Of a stretch of 64,000 nucleotides of DNA, positions 23,373-36,128 are shown one piece after another. This stretch comes from Trichosphaerium sp. ATCC 40318 (taxonomy: Eukaryota; Protista; Tubulinea). Both the position numbers and the translations under genes were made by a program. Under the pieces are notes generated by a model, which made no database searches, was not told where the DNA came from, and saw nothing but the letters and a program-made list of their open reading frames with translations. Each line of letters starts with the position of its first letter. Position 1 is the first letter of the stretch. The stretch spans positions 9,340 to 73,339 of the forward strand of contig JALMLS010000481.1 in NCBI GenBank assembly GCA_038496445.1. The letters run 5' to 3'.

Positions 23373-23488
23373 TAGCAAACAATTAAGCTATTATAACCAG
23401 AAGAACAAACAAGCTACATAAGAAAGTATGTATTGTAGTCAACAAACAACTTGTGATTTGGTATTGAGACTGTCCAACTACACGTGTT

Positions 23489-24125
23489 TTATAGACGCAT
23501 ACATGGGTTCTGAGCTGTAAAATATTCTTTTAATCCTTTGTAATCAGTTGCCTCTGCCAATTTCAAAGCATAACTGTACTTCGGTATTTCATCCAAAGTT
23601 GCCCAAAACTCAATACATTTCTTAATATCTTTTTGAGTTTTGAATACAATTCTTTTCTCTGTAATCTTCTCGAAATATGTACATAGTGGATCTACCATTT
23701 CCTTACAATCAAAATACATCCATACACGAACAAGAGATATCAAGTCATGTGCGCAAGTGTACATGACTTGTTTTCCTTGATCATAAGTTTCGATGATATC
23801 TTTTGCTGCAAACACTAGTGTTCCATCAAACTCCACTATCGCATCAACTTTGGTTGCAGACCCAAAGTCTATCAACTGAGGTTCACCATTGTATGTCATA
23901 AAACTTCGAATACTTAGATCCCTAACAGATGTCAGTAAAAGTTAAGGAATACCAGAAAAAGGTAGAACATACCCATGAACAAAACCGCTTTCATGGAGTT
24001 TCTGTAAGATGTCTACAAATGGAGCCATTCCCTCTTCAGTAGTACCCTCTTGAATCTAACAAAGTATTTAGTTAAGAAAAGCATCAGTGTTTTACATACC
24101 AACTTTGGTACACCCTCAATTTGCT
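23489..24125 (-). pseudogene. 5'-truncated Crinkler-like protein kinase
   Basis: Spliced fragments IEGVPK, LQKLHESGFVHG|DLSIRSFMTYNGEPQLIDFGSA and AHDLISLVRVW; paralog of the 62636 gene. The N-lobe and REase part are absent, and the remnant ends beside a MITE. Confidence 0.75.
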
Positions 24126-24145
24126 TTCTAGATAATGCCATCTTC

Positions 24146-24379
24146 GGATTTGACCTGAAATAGCGCTATTTTATTGTAACGTTAAGCCTACTTTTAAAAA
24201 GCCACTCCCGACTAGTAGCGCGCACGTGACTTTCTAGTCGAATGCTCGTGTAAAGTACTACATAAGGATATACTAATAGTACAGCTTGCAGAGGTACAAA
24301 AGGTTACCTATGTTCACAAACCTTCCCGAAAAATAAGGAGTAGCGCTAACACAAAATAGCGTTATTTCAGGTCAAATCC
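24146..24379. mobile_element. MITE-like element copy 2 (234 bp), 27-bp TIRs with one mismatch, 3-bp TSD TTC
   Basis: Left end GGATTTGACCTGAAATAGCGCTATTTT; right-end reverse complement GGATTTGACCTGAAATAACGCTATTTT. TTC lies at 24143-24145 and 24380-24382. Confidence 0.85.
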
Positions 24380-24511
24380 TTCGATCAGGCATTATTCAAA
24401 AAAACAATGACTTTTCTGTACTTTGCGCCTTTTTTGATCTTCAAGATAATTTTGCTACACGAAAGATTGTTCAAACGCTACTGCGTGTTAATTATCATGC
24501 CGTATTACTGT

Positions 24512-27500
24512 ATGAGCGTTATTTCACAACTTCTGTTGATTTTTGTCATACTTTTAACTTTAAAGCATCAAACTACCGTTTGTTACGCTTTAAAACCTCA
24601 AAAATGGACAAATGTTACGTCTACTATAGCACCGCACAAACGAGCATCTGACGGCATGGTAATACGTTTATATCACTCATACTTATGTCTCACACGCTAT
24701 AAACTAGACTTACGCCGTTATTGAGAACAAACTTTATATGTTTCGTGGACAAACTGACCGCGTATCTGTACGTACATTTCTACGCATAGCGACGTTTTGG
24801 CAGCTATATAAACTCTAATTTAACGTTTTTAGAATAATGCGTTCTACATCCTTGACCTTGACACCTACGCTTGGATAGACAAATCAAAGAGCGGCTGTAG
24901 TGCTATCCCTCTTTCTGACACTATTATCTTTGGTTCTCATGGTCGTACATTCAACAAAACGTAAGGAGAAAGCCCCAAACGTTTTCATTTTTTTTGTTAA
25001 ATATTTCTTGTAATTCAAAGAAGTTTCAAGATCTTGAAGGCTTGCCACACACAGCCTTCTTGTTTATCTTTTTTTGGTATTACTGTTAACTAACTATGAA
25101 TATAGTTTATGGTCAATTACCAGTAATGACCAGTACTATGGATATGATATATGGGCTTACTCACCAGAAGGTAAAAATCACGTGTTGTATTTTTAGTATC
25201 TACGGAATGAAATTTCGATTTCTGTGTTACACTGAGGAGCATTCTTTTTCTTATTCTCTAATTTTTTATGCTACACTTTTCAACTATTGTTCCATCTATT
25301 GTTCATTAGTATACCAGAATTATTAACCATGTTTTCTTTCAAGTAAATTCTTATTTTTTTCTGTGTTTTAGATGATGAATGTGTAAAAGTAAAGCACACA
25401 AACATCACATTCGGAATTCAAAATTACAAAACAAATGCAGCATTTGCTCGCCAGTCGTTGTATATAATTCCAGATGAAGACATATCTGAGCTGAATCTTG
25501 TATGTTGGCAGAACTTAACAACATTGGAACACCTTGAATGTGCCAACACAACAATTCATGATAGTTCTGGAGACTTCTCCATATTTAAGTTTGGTGGATC
25601 CTTAGTTGCTGATCTAACAGAGAAATACCTTATTTTATACGGTACATAGTAACTTTCAATGTCACCAAAAGATATATTGACACCTTCTTATTTAAGGTGG
25701 AGCATATATTTATAATTTTGGTGTTTGTGTTGCACAATTAGTACGCCTTGACTTAGACACCATGATATGGGAGTATTGGATTGACAATTATATTGACGTC
25801 CCTTGTGATTACGCTGCTACTCCAATAGTTACATCATGTACAAACTCGTAACCTTACTTCCTTTGAAACTCACTGTAGTTTAAAAGCAAATGTATTTGTT
25901 GTTTCAACTACAGATAACGCAGATAACTCAGATTTAAATCCTGCAATTACGTACTCAGTGCCTTTATATAAGGAAACTCATCCTTTAATTAAACGTATCA
26001 ACACAACAGATGTCAAACCTGCTACTAGAAGCTACCCTGTATGAACAAATTATTTTCACAACAATAACTTTATGTTGCTTCAAACGGACTTTGTTTGGGT
26101 GTCTAAGTTCACATCTGTTGTAGGTTGCAATTCCAATTGACTCACAAAACAAGCTTCTTATATTTGGTGGCTACCATTCACCATCAAACTTGGTAGAGTT
26201 CTTTTCTGACACGTGGACATTAGAGTACAACTGAGTTCGCAAACACGATAAATACTAATTATTGTTAGCTTGTCAGTTCCAATTGACCCAAAATCTTTAA
26301 AGCTATCTTGTCCACAGATAAGAGTTGGTGAAAGTGAGACTGTTCACATTCTTTGGTTATTCTCTAACAGTTCTATAGATACTACATGTACAATAGAAGC
26401 CTTTGATAGTGATGGCACTCCAACTGGAAGCCCTCAAGATGCATCTGAATTTACGCTTTCCTTTTCACCAGATAGTGTTGACTTGTCTCCTATCAAGTAC
26501 ACTGTAGGATCTTTTCGGTTTACCGTAATGACCACAGTTGCTGGAAAGCTTGAATTTTTCCTTGATTTTAAAGGTGAGGCGGTTCAGAATATGACAACAA
26601 CAGTGATGCCTGGAGGTACATACGTCGCTTGGATTCAAGTATTTTAGATGTCTTTAATATTCGCTTACAATACTATAGACCCTATACCTGCAACTAGCAA
26701 ACTCATGTATTCCGGAGGGACTATACCTACGTTATCAAAAGTTAAGCTATACATCATACCTGCGGATATGTATGGAAACTTACTTCCTGATATAACACGT
26801 GAACAAATAGATCTCATTAGAGCGTATATTGATAAAGGTATTAGACAGTAATAAGCAAAGTTAAATTCTAAATATTGGTGTAGAAACGGTTGCACAGAGT
26901 TTGGTGAAGAATCCGTTAAAGCCCACAGAGTAAACTTATTTTTTTGTCTTTTTTTTCTTGAGTTTTTTTGTGTTTTGCTTATCCGTTCTTAGGTTATATT
27001 TTGAATACGTTTTCACTACAAAAGGCCAACATGAATACTCAGCAGCTATTCTATACAACGGAATATATACAAGTGTGGGTAACTCACCTCTCATTTTACA
27101 AGTTGGTAAGCACAACAACAACTTATTTATGACTTCCAAAAATGTTGACCAATAGCTTCTTCTGCAGGGTTATGTTCGGAATTTAAGACTCAAGTGACTT
27201 ATAACACAACTTCAACTTGTGAGTGTATCCCAGGATATCAACCATATAATACTACATGCCAAGCGTGTGATATTGCACATGTGAAGCCATTAGTGGGTAA
27301 CACTGATTGCTACTGCCAAAGTGGTACGAAAACAGTTTCATGTTGACACGTGCGTTGTTTTTTCTAACAGTTTACCGTCAGGGTACTATGATTTCTCGTA
27401 CCAAGATGAACTATTGAGCACGTGCATAGACTTAATAGATAGTAAAGCATTCAAAGATCCATCTATAACATTTCCAAATAATACATGTATCATATGTCCT

Positions 27501-29536
27501 TCATGTGCTTTGTGTCCTGATTACTCAGTAAAGAGTAGTAATGATACAAAAAACGTGACAACATTTGGCATGTTGTTACCTGCACCAGGTACCAGCGGAT
27601 AAGTTTGTTCCTAGTGAAGTACTAACTAAACGATTAAGGTTACTGGTCAGCTAATGATAGTCAAAACATATACACATGCTTTGAAAAGGACGCATGCTTA
27701 GGTACAACGTGCGCTGAGGGTTACAAAGGTTCGCTTTTTATAAAAGAACTCAATTAACTAGAACGTTTACACTTTACATTAGGTCCGTTATGCTCAATCT
27801 GTGATTCCGGTTATGCCGGTTGGGACACTGAATGCTCAAGTAAGTTGGTTGAACCCCAGTGTTGGTGACTGAAAGTTGACATTTTGGATAGAGTGTAAAT
27901 CTAATGTGGTATCTGGATTAATAGTCCTTGCATTTGCAGTGGCTGCTGTTGTTTTCTTCTTGTTCCTTGTGTTTACCTCAAACGAGACTTCAGCTTTATC
28001 TATTAACTTTAAAATCCTTCTTACACATCTTCAGACTATTACTTTGATAGGGTGTAAGTGATATACGACATATTAACATAGTAGTACTAATCTAGTTTTT
28101 TTCTTAGCATTCAAATTCCATTACCCAAACACATTGAAACAGTTTGGTAAAGCACTTGGTATTGCAACGTTTACTAGTGTTGGAAAAACTTATGCTGTTG
28201 GTTGTCTATTCTCTTTAGACTACTTACAACTGACAGCAGCAATAATGTGTTTTCTACTTGCAGTTTATGTCATTGGTACAAAGAAATTTTATTGTATCGT
28301 CCACTAATGGCCTCTAGGGTCTCTAACGTTTGTACTACTACGGTGTTGTGCTAGAGGCAAAAGTAGGAATAGCTATGAAGTTATAGGAGATAACGCAGAG
28401 GATCGCAGTTTCATTGATAAAGCAGCTACTGCTTGTTTGACAGGGCTAATTATGGTACGACAATCTTCATAATGTTAATGTGTTAATTTTTTTTTGTTAG
28501 CTTACTTACCTACTCCATCCTACTGTATCCAGTAGGATCGCTCAAGTATTATCGCCATGTGTCAATTTAAGTGGTACAAAGTATTTACTAGCTGATATGT
28601 CTATTGTGTGTTCTTCTCAAGAATACAAAGTACGTGTTAACTGAGGAAAAAGTATTTGAACAAACATCTTTTTTGATCTGACTACGGGTTTTTTAGTCTT
28701 GGAAAATTGCTTCATGGGCTCTTCTGTTCCTATTCACAATAGGAGCAATAGTAATCCAGGGTATAGTACTTTTTATTAAGCGCAAGGTAAGGTCTACTGA
28801 GATAGATGTAGCGACTTACTTGTATAGAACCTTGATGGTGCAAAAGTATTAGCAAACTATGGGTTTTTGTACAGGTCGTATAAACCAGAGCTCTATCTAT
28901 GGGAAATTGTCATTAGTACTCGTAAGCTTGGTTTGGTGTTTTTTAGTGCTATAGTTGCATTGAACCCGGTACTACAAACTTATCTTGCAGTGGTACTCCT
29001 CAACATCAGTACGACCTTTGTTTTGTTAAGTCAAATATAATTTGTACTTACTTTCTACAAGTGCTCATACTTCATACCTTCAAATGGCCATATGCTACGA
29101 AAATGGGTAATTTTCTAGATGCAGTTGCTATGGTACTTGAGATTGTCACAATGTTATCTTCAATTTTGTATGGGATGGTGAACCAATCCGGGTATGTTAT
29201 ATTCTTTTCCTTTCCTCTTTTTTTTTTTGCATTTTAAACGTTTTGTTTGTGAATATCTTACTGATACTGAATGTAAGGTCTACGATTATAACATATGTGA
29301 TTCTAATAGCCAATGGGTTATTTGTATTGTTTGTATCTTGCTTATTACTTTATGGTGCAAGTAAATACGTCAGGTACCTTTTTTTCTTTTCGGAAATTAA
29401 AAGAAACAAAAAAAAAATATGAACCATGAATTTTAGGGCTTTTATCAGATACTTGTTTGTTAAATGTACATGTCTGAAGCGATTGTCATCTATTCAAAGA
29501 CGAGATTCATCAATTCAAGAAGAGCAATGGTTCTAA
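24512..29536 (+). CDS. Large receptor-like membrane protein: signal peptide, Kelch-like repeats, Ig/filamin-like segments, Cys-rich region, multi-TM C-terminus
   Basis: Motifs LLIFGGY..FFSDTWTL (Kelch), IIPADMYGN, CECIPGY..CQAC, CAEGYKG|PLCSICDSGY, FKILLTHLQ, YLLADMSIVC and YGFLYRSYKPELYLWEIVISTRKL, typical of protist Cys-rich/multi-TM families. Confidence 0.8.
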
Positions 29537-30278
29537 GTGTAATAATAGAACTTGCGTACTCGTAGAGCATCAGCAATAAGTTGCACAACATAATAAAATT
29601 TCAAACTTGTGCTGTTAACAGCATAACCAGGTGGTCTCTATTATTCAGTTTGTACACAAGACAGAACTTCAAGAAGCTTTTGCATAAGCTTACACTTGTT
29701 TTGTCTAAGGTCCGTATCAACCTATCTGAATCAAAGAAACAAGATTTGAACGAGACTTTCGAAAGTGTATGAGTGCAGTTGTGAAAAATTAAGTTAGATT
29801 AGATTCACGCGTTCTTGTTGATCTACAATACCAGATTGGAGGAGAGAATACGTCTCACTCAGCTTCGATCCCCTGGATCACGTAGCCAGAGACCCTTCCC
29901 ATTTATTAAATTGGAGTTATCTCTTGTACATATACAACAAATTACATAAATCAATTGAAACATTCAGTCAATCAACACAAAAACTTTTTGAATCGTAATC
30001 TGCCATTGTATAGAACTGCTACTTGCTGATGTTGTTTTACGATACTACCGTACTTAAACAACTACCTCTCACTTATCAAACGCCAGTAAAATACTTATTT
30101 ATACTGTCAAAACAATGGAGGCACATGAAGGTTAACGCTGTATATCAACTTCAAATTGCTTCATATACTCGCTAAGAAGACTACTACAAATGAAGAGGCA
30201 CGGGCAACTGGTACATCGAACAACACTGAATTACAGTGTATGTATATTGGCGTTTTATTAGTTAGTGTCCACTTCAGT

Positions 30279-31724
30279 TTACAAAAGACTGAACGTTACA
30301 ATAGTAAACAAGTAAACCAGAAAAACCACTGGTTTGGCAACAGCTGTTGATGGTTGTAGAGCTGGTACAAATGAACTTAATGGAGATTTTGTAGTTGGAA
30401 CCTGTGTAGATGGTTCAGTTGGAGGAGTTGGTTGTAGAGTTGTAATGGTTATCGGAGATATTGGAGCGTTTGCAGGCACTTCTGTTGGCGAGGTTGTTGT
30501 AGGAAGTGTTGGTGGTAGCGTTGTAGGAGGCAAGGTTGTTGGCGCGAGTGTTGTAGGAGGCAAGGTTGTTGGTGCTAGTGTTGTAGGAGGCAGCGTTGTT
30601 GGCGCGAGTGTTGTAGGAGGCAAGGTTGTTGGTGCTAGTGTTGTAGGAGGCAGCGTTGTTGGCGCGAGTGTTGTAGGAGGCAAGGTTGTAGGAGGCAGCG
30701 TTGTAGGAGGCAGCGTTGTTGGCGCGAGTGTTGTAGGTGGCAAGGTTGTTGGAGGTGGAGGTATATAGTTGAAAATGCATGCTGTCAAACCAGCCTGCAT
30801 AGTTTGGTCAGGAACCGTAAATCTAGAACATAATGTTAGTTTTCAAAGAATTAAAATAGCTATCCAACTAACGCAAATGAATTTGACGTGAAGCTAAGGG
30901 ATGTTGGGTCGGTTGGAAAATCACATGATTGCAATGTAAATCCTACAATAAAAATTAAGATAACAATTGATTGTAAAACGCTAGAAAATAAATAGCAAAA
31001 AACTTGTTTTGATTTGTAAATTTTTTTCCTTCGCCAGTTACCTGTAACGCCTGGAGAATCAAAAGTACAATTCACAGTATGATCAAAATTAAGGGGAAAT
31101 GGATTTGGCACATTAAGACCCACGGTAAACGATGTTGTGCGAATGTCAGCTTGCCAAATGTGCCCTGCTATAAATGTGACTGAGATTTCGGTCGAACTAT
31201 CAGACACTACGAAGCTTGGTTCTCCTCCAAATACATTAAAGCCATTACTAAACAACGAACACGTTCCTGAATCCCCTTCACCTAATAAAAAGTTACAAAT
31301 CTACAAGGATTTTGTAAAGCGTCGTCTTTTTTGCAACAACTAAAAGTCCATAGTTTTAATGTCCAAATGTCAAGTGTCTAAAAATAGGATAAGAAAAAAC
31401 TCTTTTGCGAGTTTTTTCTGCCTTACTTTCGCCTATACACGCCAAGAGATATAAAAACCTTGTGTGCGATCAAGAAGCACAGAAAACTCGCTAAAAAAGC
31501 TTTTAATTTCCATTTTGCTTAAAACTCCACTGTTGACGCTCTAATTGCTATAGTAGCACTCTATGCGCGTAGTAGTAGTGTATAAAAGCATAGACTTTCT
31601 CCTGAAACCGGCCATGCACAATATTGTGCTATTCCAATGTGAGAGGTTTGGGCGTACTTATTGATACTGCTAATGGTACTAGACAAGCTAATATCGCTAG
31701 GAAATAGACAGGTGCTTTAATCAT
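30279..31724 (-). CDS. Secreted or surface mucin-like protein with a PTTL(P/A) stalk and hydrophobic C-terminus (possible GPI anchor)
   Basis: Signal peptide MIKAPVYFLAILACLVPLAVS, spliced beta-rich exons, a PTTL repeat tract and terminal VVFLVYLFTIVTFSLL. Confidence 0.8.
30505..30752 (-). repeat. Coding 15-nt tandem repeat, (PTTLP/PTTLA)n
   Basis: Repeated gttgtaggagg / gttgttggcgc units, translated in ORF 30279-30800. Confidence 0.9.
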
Positions 31725-32817
31725 CGTTTTATTTTTCTGATAATAATTTTCTCATTTTTTTGCAAAACATGCTCCAAAAATAGATTTGAATTAGCTTGAT
31801 CTTATAAGCCTTATCTAAATGCCGGAACCAGAAACGAACAAAATATTACGAGCCATTTACTTGGCTCTCTGCTACTAAAACAACACCTTTTTTAGGTTAC
31901 TTATCGGCATCATTTGGGTGTATAGTTTCGGAAATACTGTAAACCCGACTCTTCAAATACTTACGCAACTTTTTACAGGTGTTTAACCAAACTAGCCCTT
32001 GTTACGACAAGAGATATAAGGGTCACTAGTTAGTTTAAGTCTGATGTTTTATTCTAAGTACAGATGACAAGATAAATCATCCGTGGATTGTGTGGGTGTG
32101 TTTATTATGTACAGTATTATTATCGTGACAGCCGTATAAGAGTGCTGTGCTAAATTAAGCTGTAGAATTCTAAAATAGACTAGTATTTAGAGCACAAATA
32201 TTTGACAGTGGACACATTAGGAGTCACAAGTGCATGTTATTAAACTGACATTTTGAAAAAAAAGTGTTGTCAAGTGGTAATTGCCCGAAAATTATGTTTG
32301 GGACAACGAGTGCAAGCAAATAAAAGGGCTAGGTTCGCTTTCGTTCCGGCCTTTCACTTTGCTAGGGACAAGATCCCGACCTACACTCACAAATTATCGG
32401 CCATTAGTGGGCGTGGCGTGAAAATTGGAAAAAAAATGTGAAACCGAAAATGAAGTATATTTTATTTAATCTAATTCAATATTCCGGTATTGTAGAATTA
32501 GCTAAATCGATCGCAACAAATACCTAGTGTTCTAATAGTACACATTCAAAGGGAGACGTATAATAGTAATTTGTATGTACGGCACCTCATGTGCCAAGTG
32601 ATTTAGTATATTTTGGGAGAAAAGTGACACAAAAACAAACCCACTGTTACCAAAAATAGAACAACAAATAAATTATTATAGGCTATCCTTGTTGTTGCAA
32701 AAACTCCAAACAACGCTGTCATAGTTTAGTCTACGCACAGCCATGCAAAAAATTAATCTTTTACGGTGTTTGATGAGCGAACTATTTGAAGGCTAAAGTT
32801 GAACCAAAACACTTCGC

Positions 32818-32986
32818 GACCTTGACACCTACGCTTGGATACGCAAATCAAAGAGCGGTTGTAGTGCTATCCCTATTTACGACACTATTTTATTTGCTTC
32901 TCATGGTCGTATTCACAACACGTAAGGACAAAAATGTCGTACAAAAGAGTCCAAAAAAAATGGATTTCGAAGAAATAGAACATGGC
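32818..32986 (+). repeat. Composite of two copied fragments (matches 24854-24967 and 5051-5109)
   Basis: gaccttgacacctacgcttggata...cgtaagga is followed immediately by caaaaatgtcgtacaaaag...ttcgaagaaatag(a/g)acatggc. Confidence 0.85.
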
Positions 32987-33702
32987 GAAAGGTAGTGCGC
33001 ACCGCCTTTTCTACGCAAAGTACCTTCGAAGGTACAGCTTTGTCTCGTATTTTATCGCGACTGTTGGGAGAACTTCCCAAAGCAGCTTAGTGTATTTAAC
33101 ATTGCATCACCAAATGCGAAAAGCCATTAACTATCTTATATTCCAAGTCACTACCAATTCAGGCTTTTGAGTTAATAGATCACGTGATTGGCATGGCTTG
33201 GTGATAAATCTTGTTGACTGATTGTTTTCTAAAACACAACTTGGTGAATATGGAACAAACAGAGTAATATGTTACAAAAGCACATGATTAGTATACGTCA
33301 TTAGTTAAATATCATGTTTTTTACGTTATTCTAAACCAATTGCAGGTCGTGTATTGGTGCAAATACACAGCCTTTGATTGTAGCTATGACATGCTAAAAT
33401 CACTAGGCAACTTAAGTCAATGTCATTTCCGCGAGTGTGATCACATGTAATCAGAAAAAGACGATATCATTCTTTGCAAGGTTCCACCAGAGATAGTAGC
33501 ACATATTGTATGCTATTTTAAAAAGAAAGCAGCGTATTACAGCTACAAACGCCTCTCGCCTGTTTAATACTATCCCGGGAAAAAAACACGATTAAAGCTT
33601 CTCTAACACATGCGATTTACAGCAGTATGTTACTCAAGATTTACTGAAAGATGCGATAACTCCAATGAGCGTCTTTGTGTAGCAAGTACTTTTATTTTTA
33701 GC

Positions 33703-35810
33703 TTACTGTGAAATAATCTCAACATCACCCTGAAAATATAATGTCAGCTCTTATAATGTATTGCACTAAATGACTACTAGTTCGTACGTTAGATATGAAA
33801 CCATATTCTTCTTGAACGGAACCATCACTATCACTTTTTCTTTTCCATTCTCTGGCATGTACTGCAGCATAACTGAGAAGAGTACAAGTTGACACTGTTG
33901 ATAGTGCAAACCAAATACAATTTACCCAAAAATACCGTTGTTTTGGTGATACAGCGCCATCAATAACTGGTGTAAGAAACGTTCCAATACCACCAAGCGT
34001 ATATCCCCTGACAGATGTTAGAATAACCGAAAAAGAGGACTACAAACTAAAAGCGGAAAAAAAGAGGAAAAAAATCAATCGTACATTGCAACAAGTCGTG
34101 ATAAATTGTTTGGAACGAATTGTTGGATAAGTTGATTAGTGAATATAATACCAGACATTCTCCATACAATCATGACTATAAACGTAAAATATTGAAGATT
34201 AGCTACCTGTTAACAGGAAAACAAAGTTAGCAAGAAGAAAAACCAGCAAAACAACAACACATCAACAAACTATATACCCGAAACATTGAACATCCAACCC
34301 ATATTACACCAAGCACCTGAAAAAATAGAGCTCCTCTCCACGCAGTTCGAAGGCCTATAGGGACCCATCAACACTTACAAAACAAACAAACAATGGTAAA
34401 AACAATACGTTGATAAATGAACTTTTGAAGACTCATACCTTTGTCTCTTGTTTCATAAATCATTCCCACCACAGGCGCTAGTAACGCCATGGCAGGTAGA
34501 AGTATTGACCAACCAAGAGTTAAATCTTCTGCTGTTTTTGTATCAGCATCACTAGTTCCAATGTACGTTTGCCAGTTTATCTGATCAGGAACAGTGCTGA
34601 TATAGAAGAGACCCAAAGGAGCTGACAAAAAAGTGAATAACCTGTAGATATATATTAAGCTTAATGACTACGTAAACAATAATGCACGTGCCATGAGAGA
34701 ATTACAACTGGTCGAAGTGCGTCAACAGTAAATGTTTCATAAAGTGACGGTAATGTTTCACTTGATTTAGGTTTATTCTCTTCTCTCAATAATGAATAGT
34801 CTGGTTCTAAAAAGTAAGCGGAAGAGAGCGTCACCACAAACACTATCACTGCGTATCCTAAGAATACCCACCTGTGCGAAATGTTAGCGAGAAAAAGCTG
34901 AGATATCCAAAAAAAAAAATACCTCAATGAGACACCCCAGTCATAGACAACAAGAAATAGCCAAAATATAATACCACTAAGATCCCAAGCGCCAGTGAGA
35001 CATCCATTAAATAATCCAACGGCGTTTGGTTTAACTCAACAAAAGTGTAAGCGGATTGAGCAAACATTTGTTTGTCGCTCACCTTTTGAAGTAGCAGCCA
35101 AATAATACGTTAGACAAGCTATGTAAGTAACACCGCCTAAGTGTGTTGCGAGTAATAGACATACCGGAAGAACCCATGAAGTAATCTAAAATATGTTTCA
35201 ACTTGTCACGTGATTAATAGCTAAGTAACAATGATTTACCCAATACGGCACTTCTGGTTCATGGACAAATGCTGCTATGACCCAACAAGCACTTATACCG
35301 CAAGCGCTGAGTATCATATTCTTTCTGACGTTGCCCAGGCGCACAGCAATCTCACCACTTAAGTATGCTAGAACCAACACACCTCCGAAAGCGATTTGGG
35401 GAAGTCTATTCAAAGCTAAATTTTGCTCCTTGGATTGAATCAATATTATTGTGCGTCTACTGTATTGTACCGGACAGCAAGCTTCTATTCTTGATGCATT
35501 AGCACAAGTAACTCTCCAATCATCACCACATAGATTAGCGTAAATTCTAGACTCAAGAAACGCAGGTTTAAGAGCAGCGTAGTTCGTAATTGGTCCTTAG
35601 TTCATAACTTAGTTTTTACAACTTTTTATCACGTGATCTCGTACCTGTTATTAATATGCATAGTATAGAGGCGTGAAAGACATTGTAGTATAGCCTTCTC
35701 ACAAACTAGAAATAAATTAATAGGGTGTACAGAGGCACATTGAATAGTACCTTTCTTTCAGTTGCAGCGTTTGCTTTAGAAATTAGAGGGGCGTCGTCTT
35801 CAATGTCCAT
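33703..35810 (-). CDS. MFS transporter, SLC43/LAT3/FMP42-like (multi-exon)
   Basis: Many hydrophobic exons. The first loop GPITNYAALKPAFLESRIYANLC...CCPEQNLALN matches the pattern of this family, followed by GLFNGCLTGAWDLS. Confidence 0.7.
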
Positions 35811-36128
35811 AATACCTTAAGACTTCCGTGTGATATTTATATCTGTTCGTAAACTTTCAAGAAAGTAGTACCCTTGTATCGGCAATCTGAAAGATATGAT
35901 TGCGTAAAACAAATAGTAAGACATCTAAATTATCTGCTTTTTGAGGCCACTTACTTTCAGTGAATAGTTGGCAAGGCGAACTTTCAGTTCGATGTGTACT
36001 GGAAAGGTAGTAGCGTTCTTACACTTGCTCATATTTCAAAAAGACCCACAACCAAGAAAATAGAAATAGCACAAACTAAAACTCAAAGGATTTGTATGAT
36101 GTATTTTACAATTGAAGAGTTTTTTTTT

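Noticed and set aside
30334-30780. Overlapping ORFs (Val/Gly-rich plus strand; Asn/Ala-rich minus strand)
   Set aside because: These are stop-free shadow frames of the 15-nt PTTL repeat.
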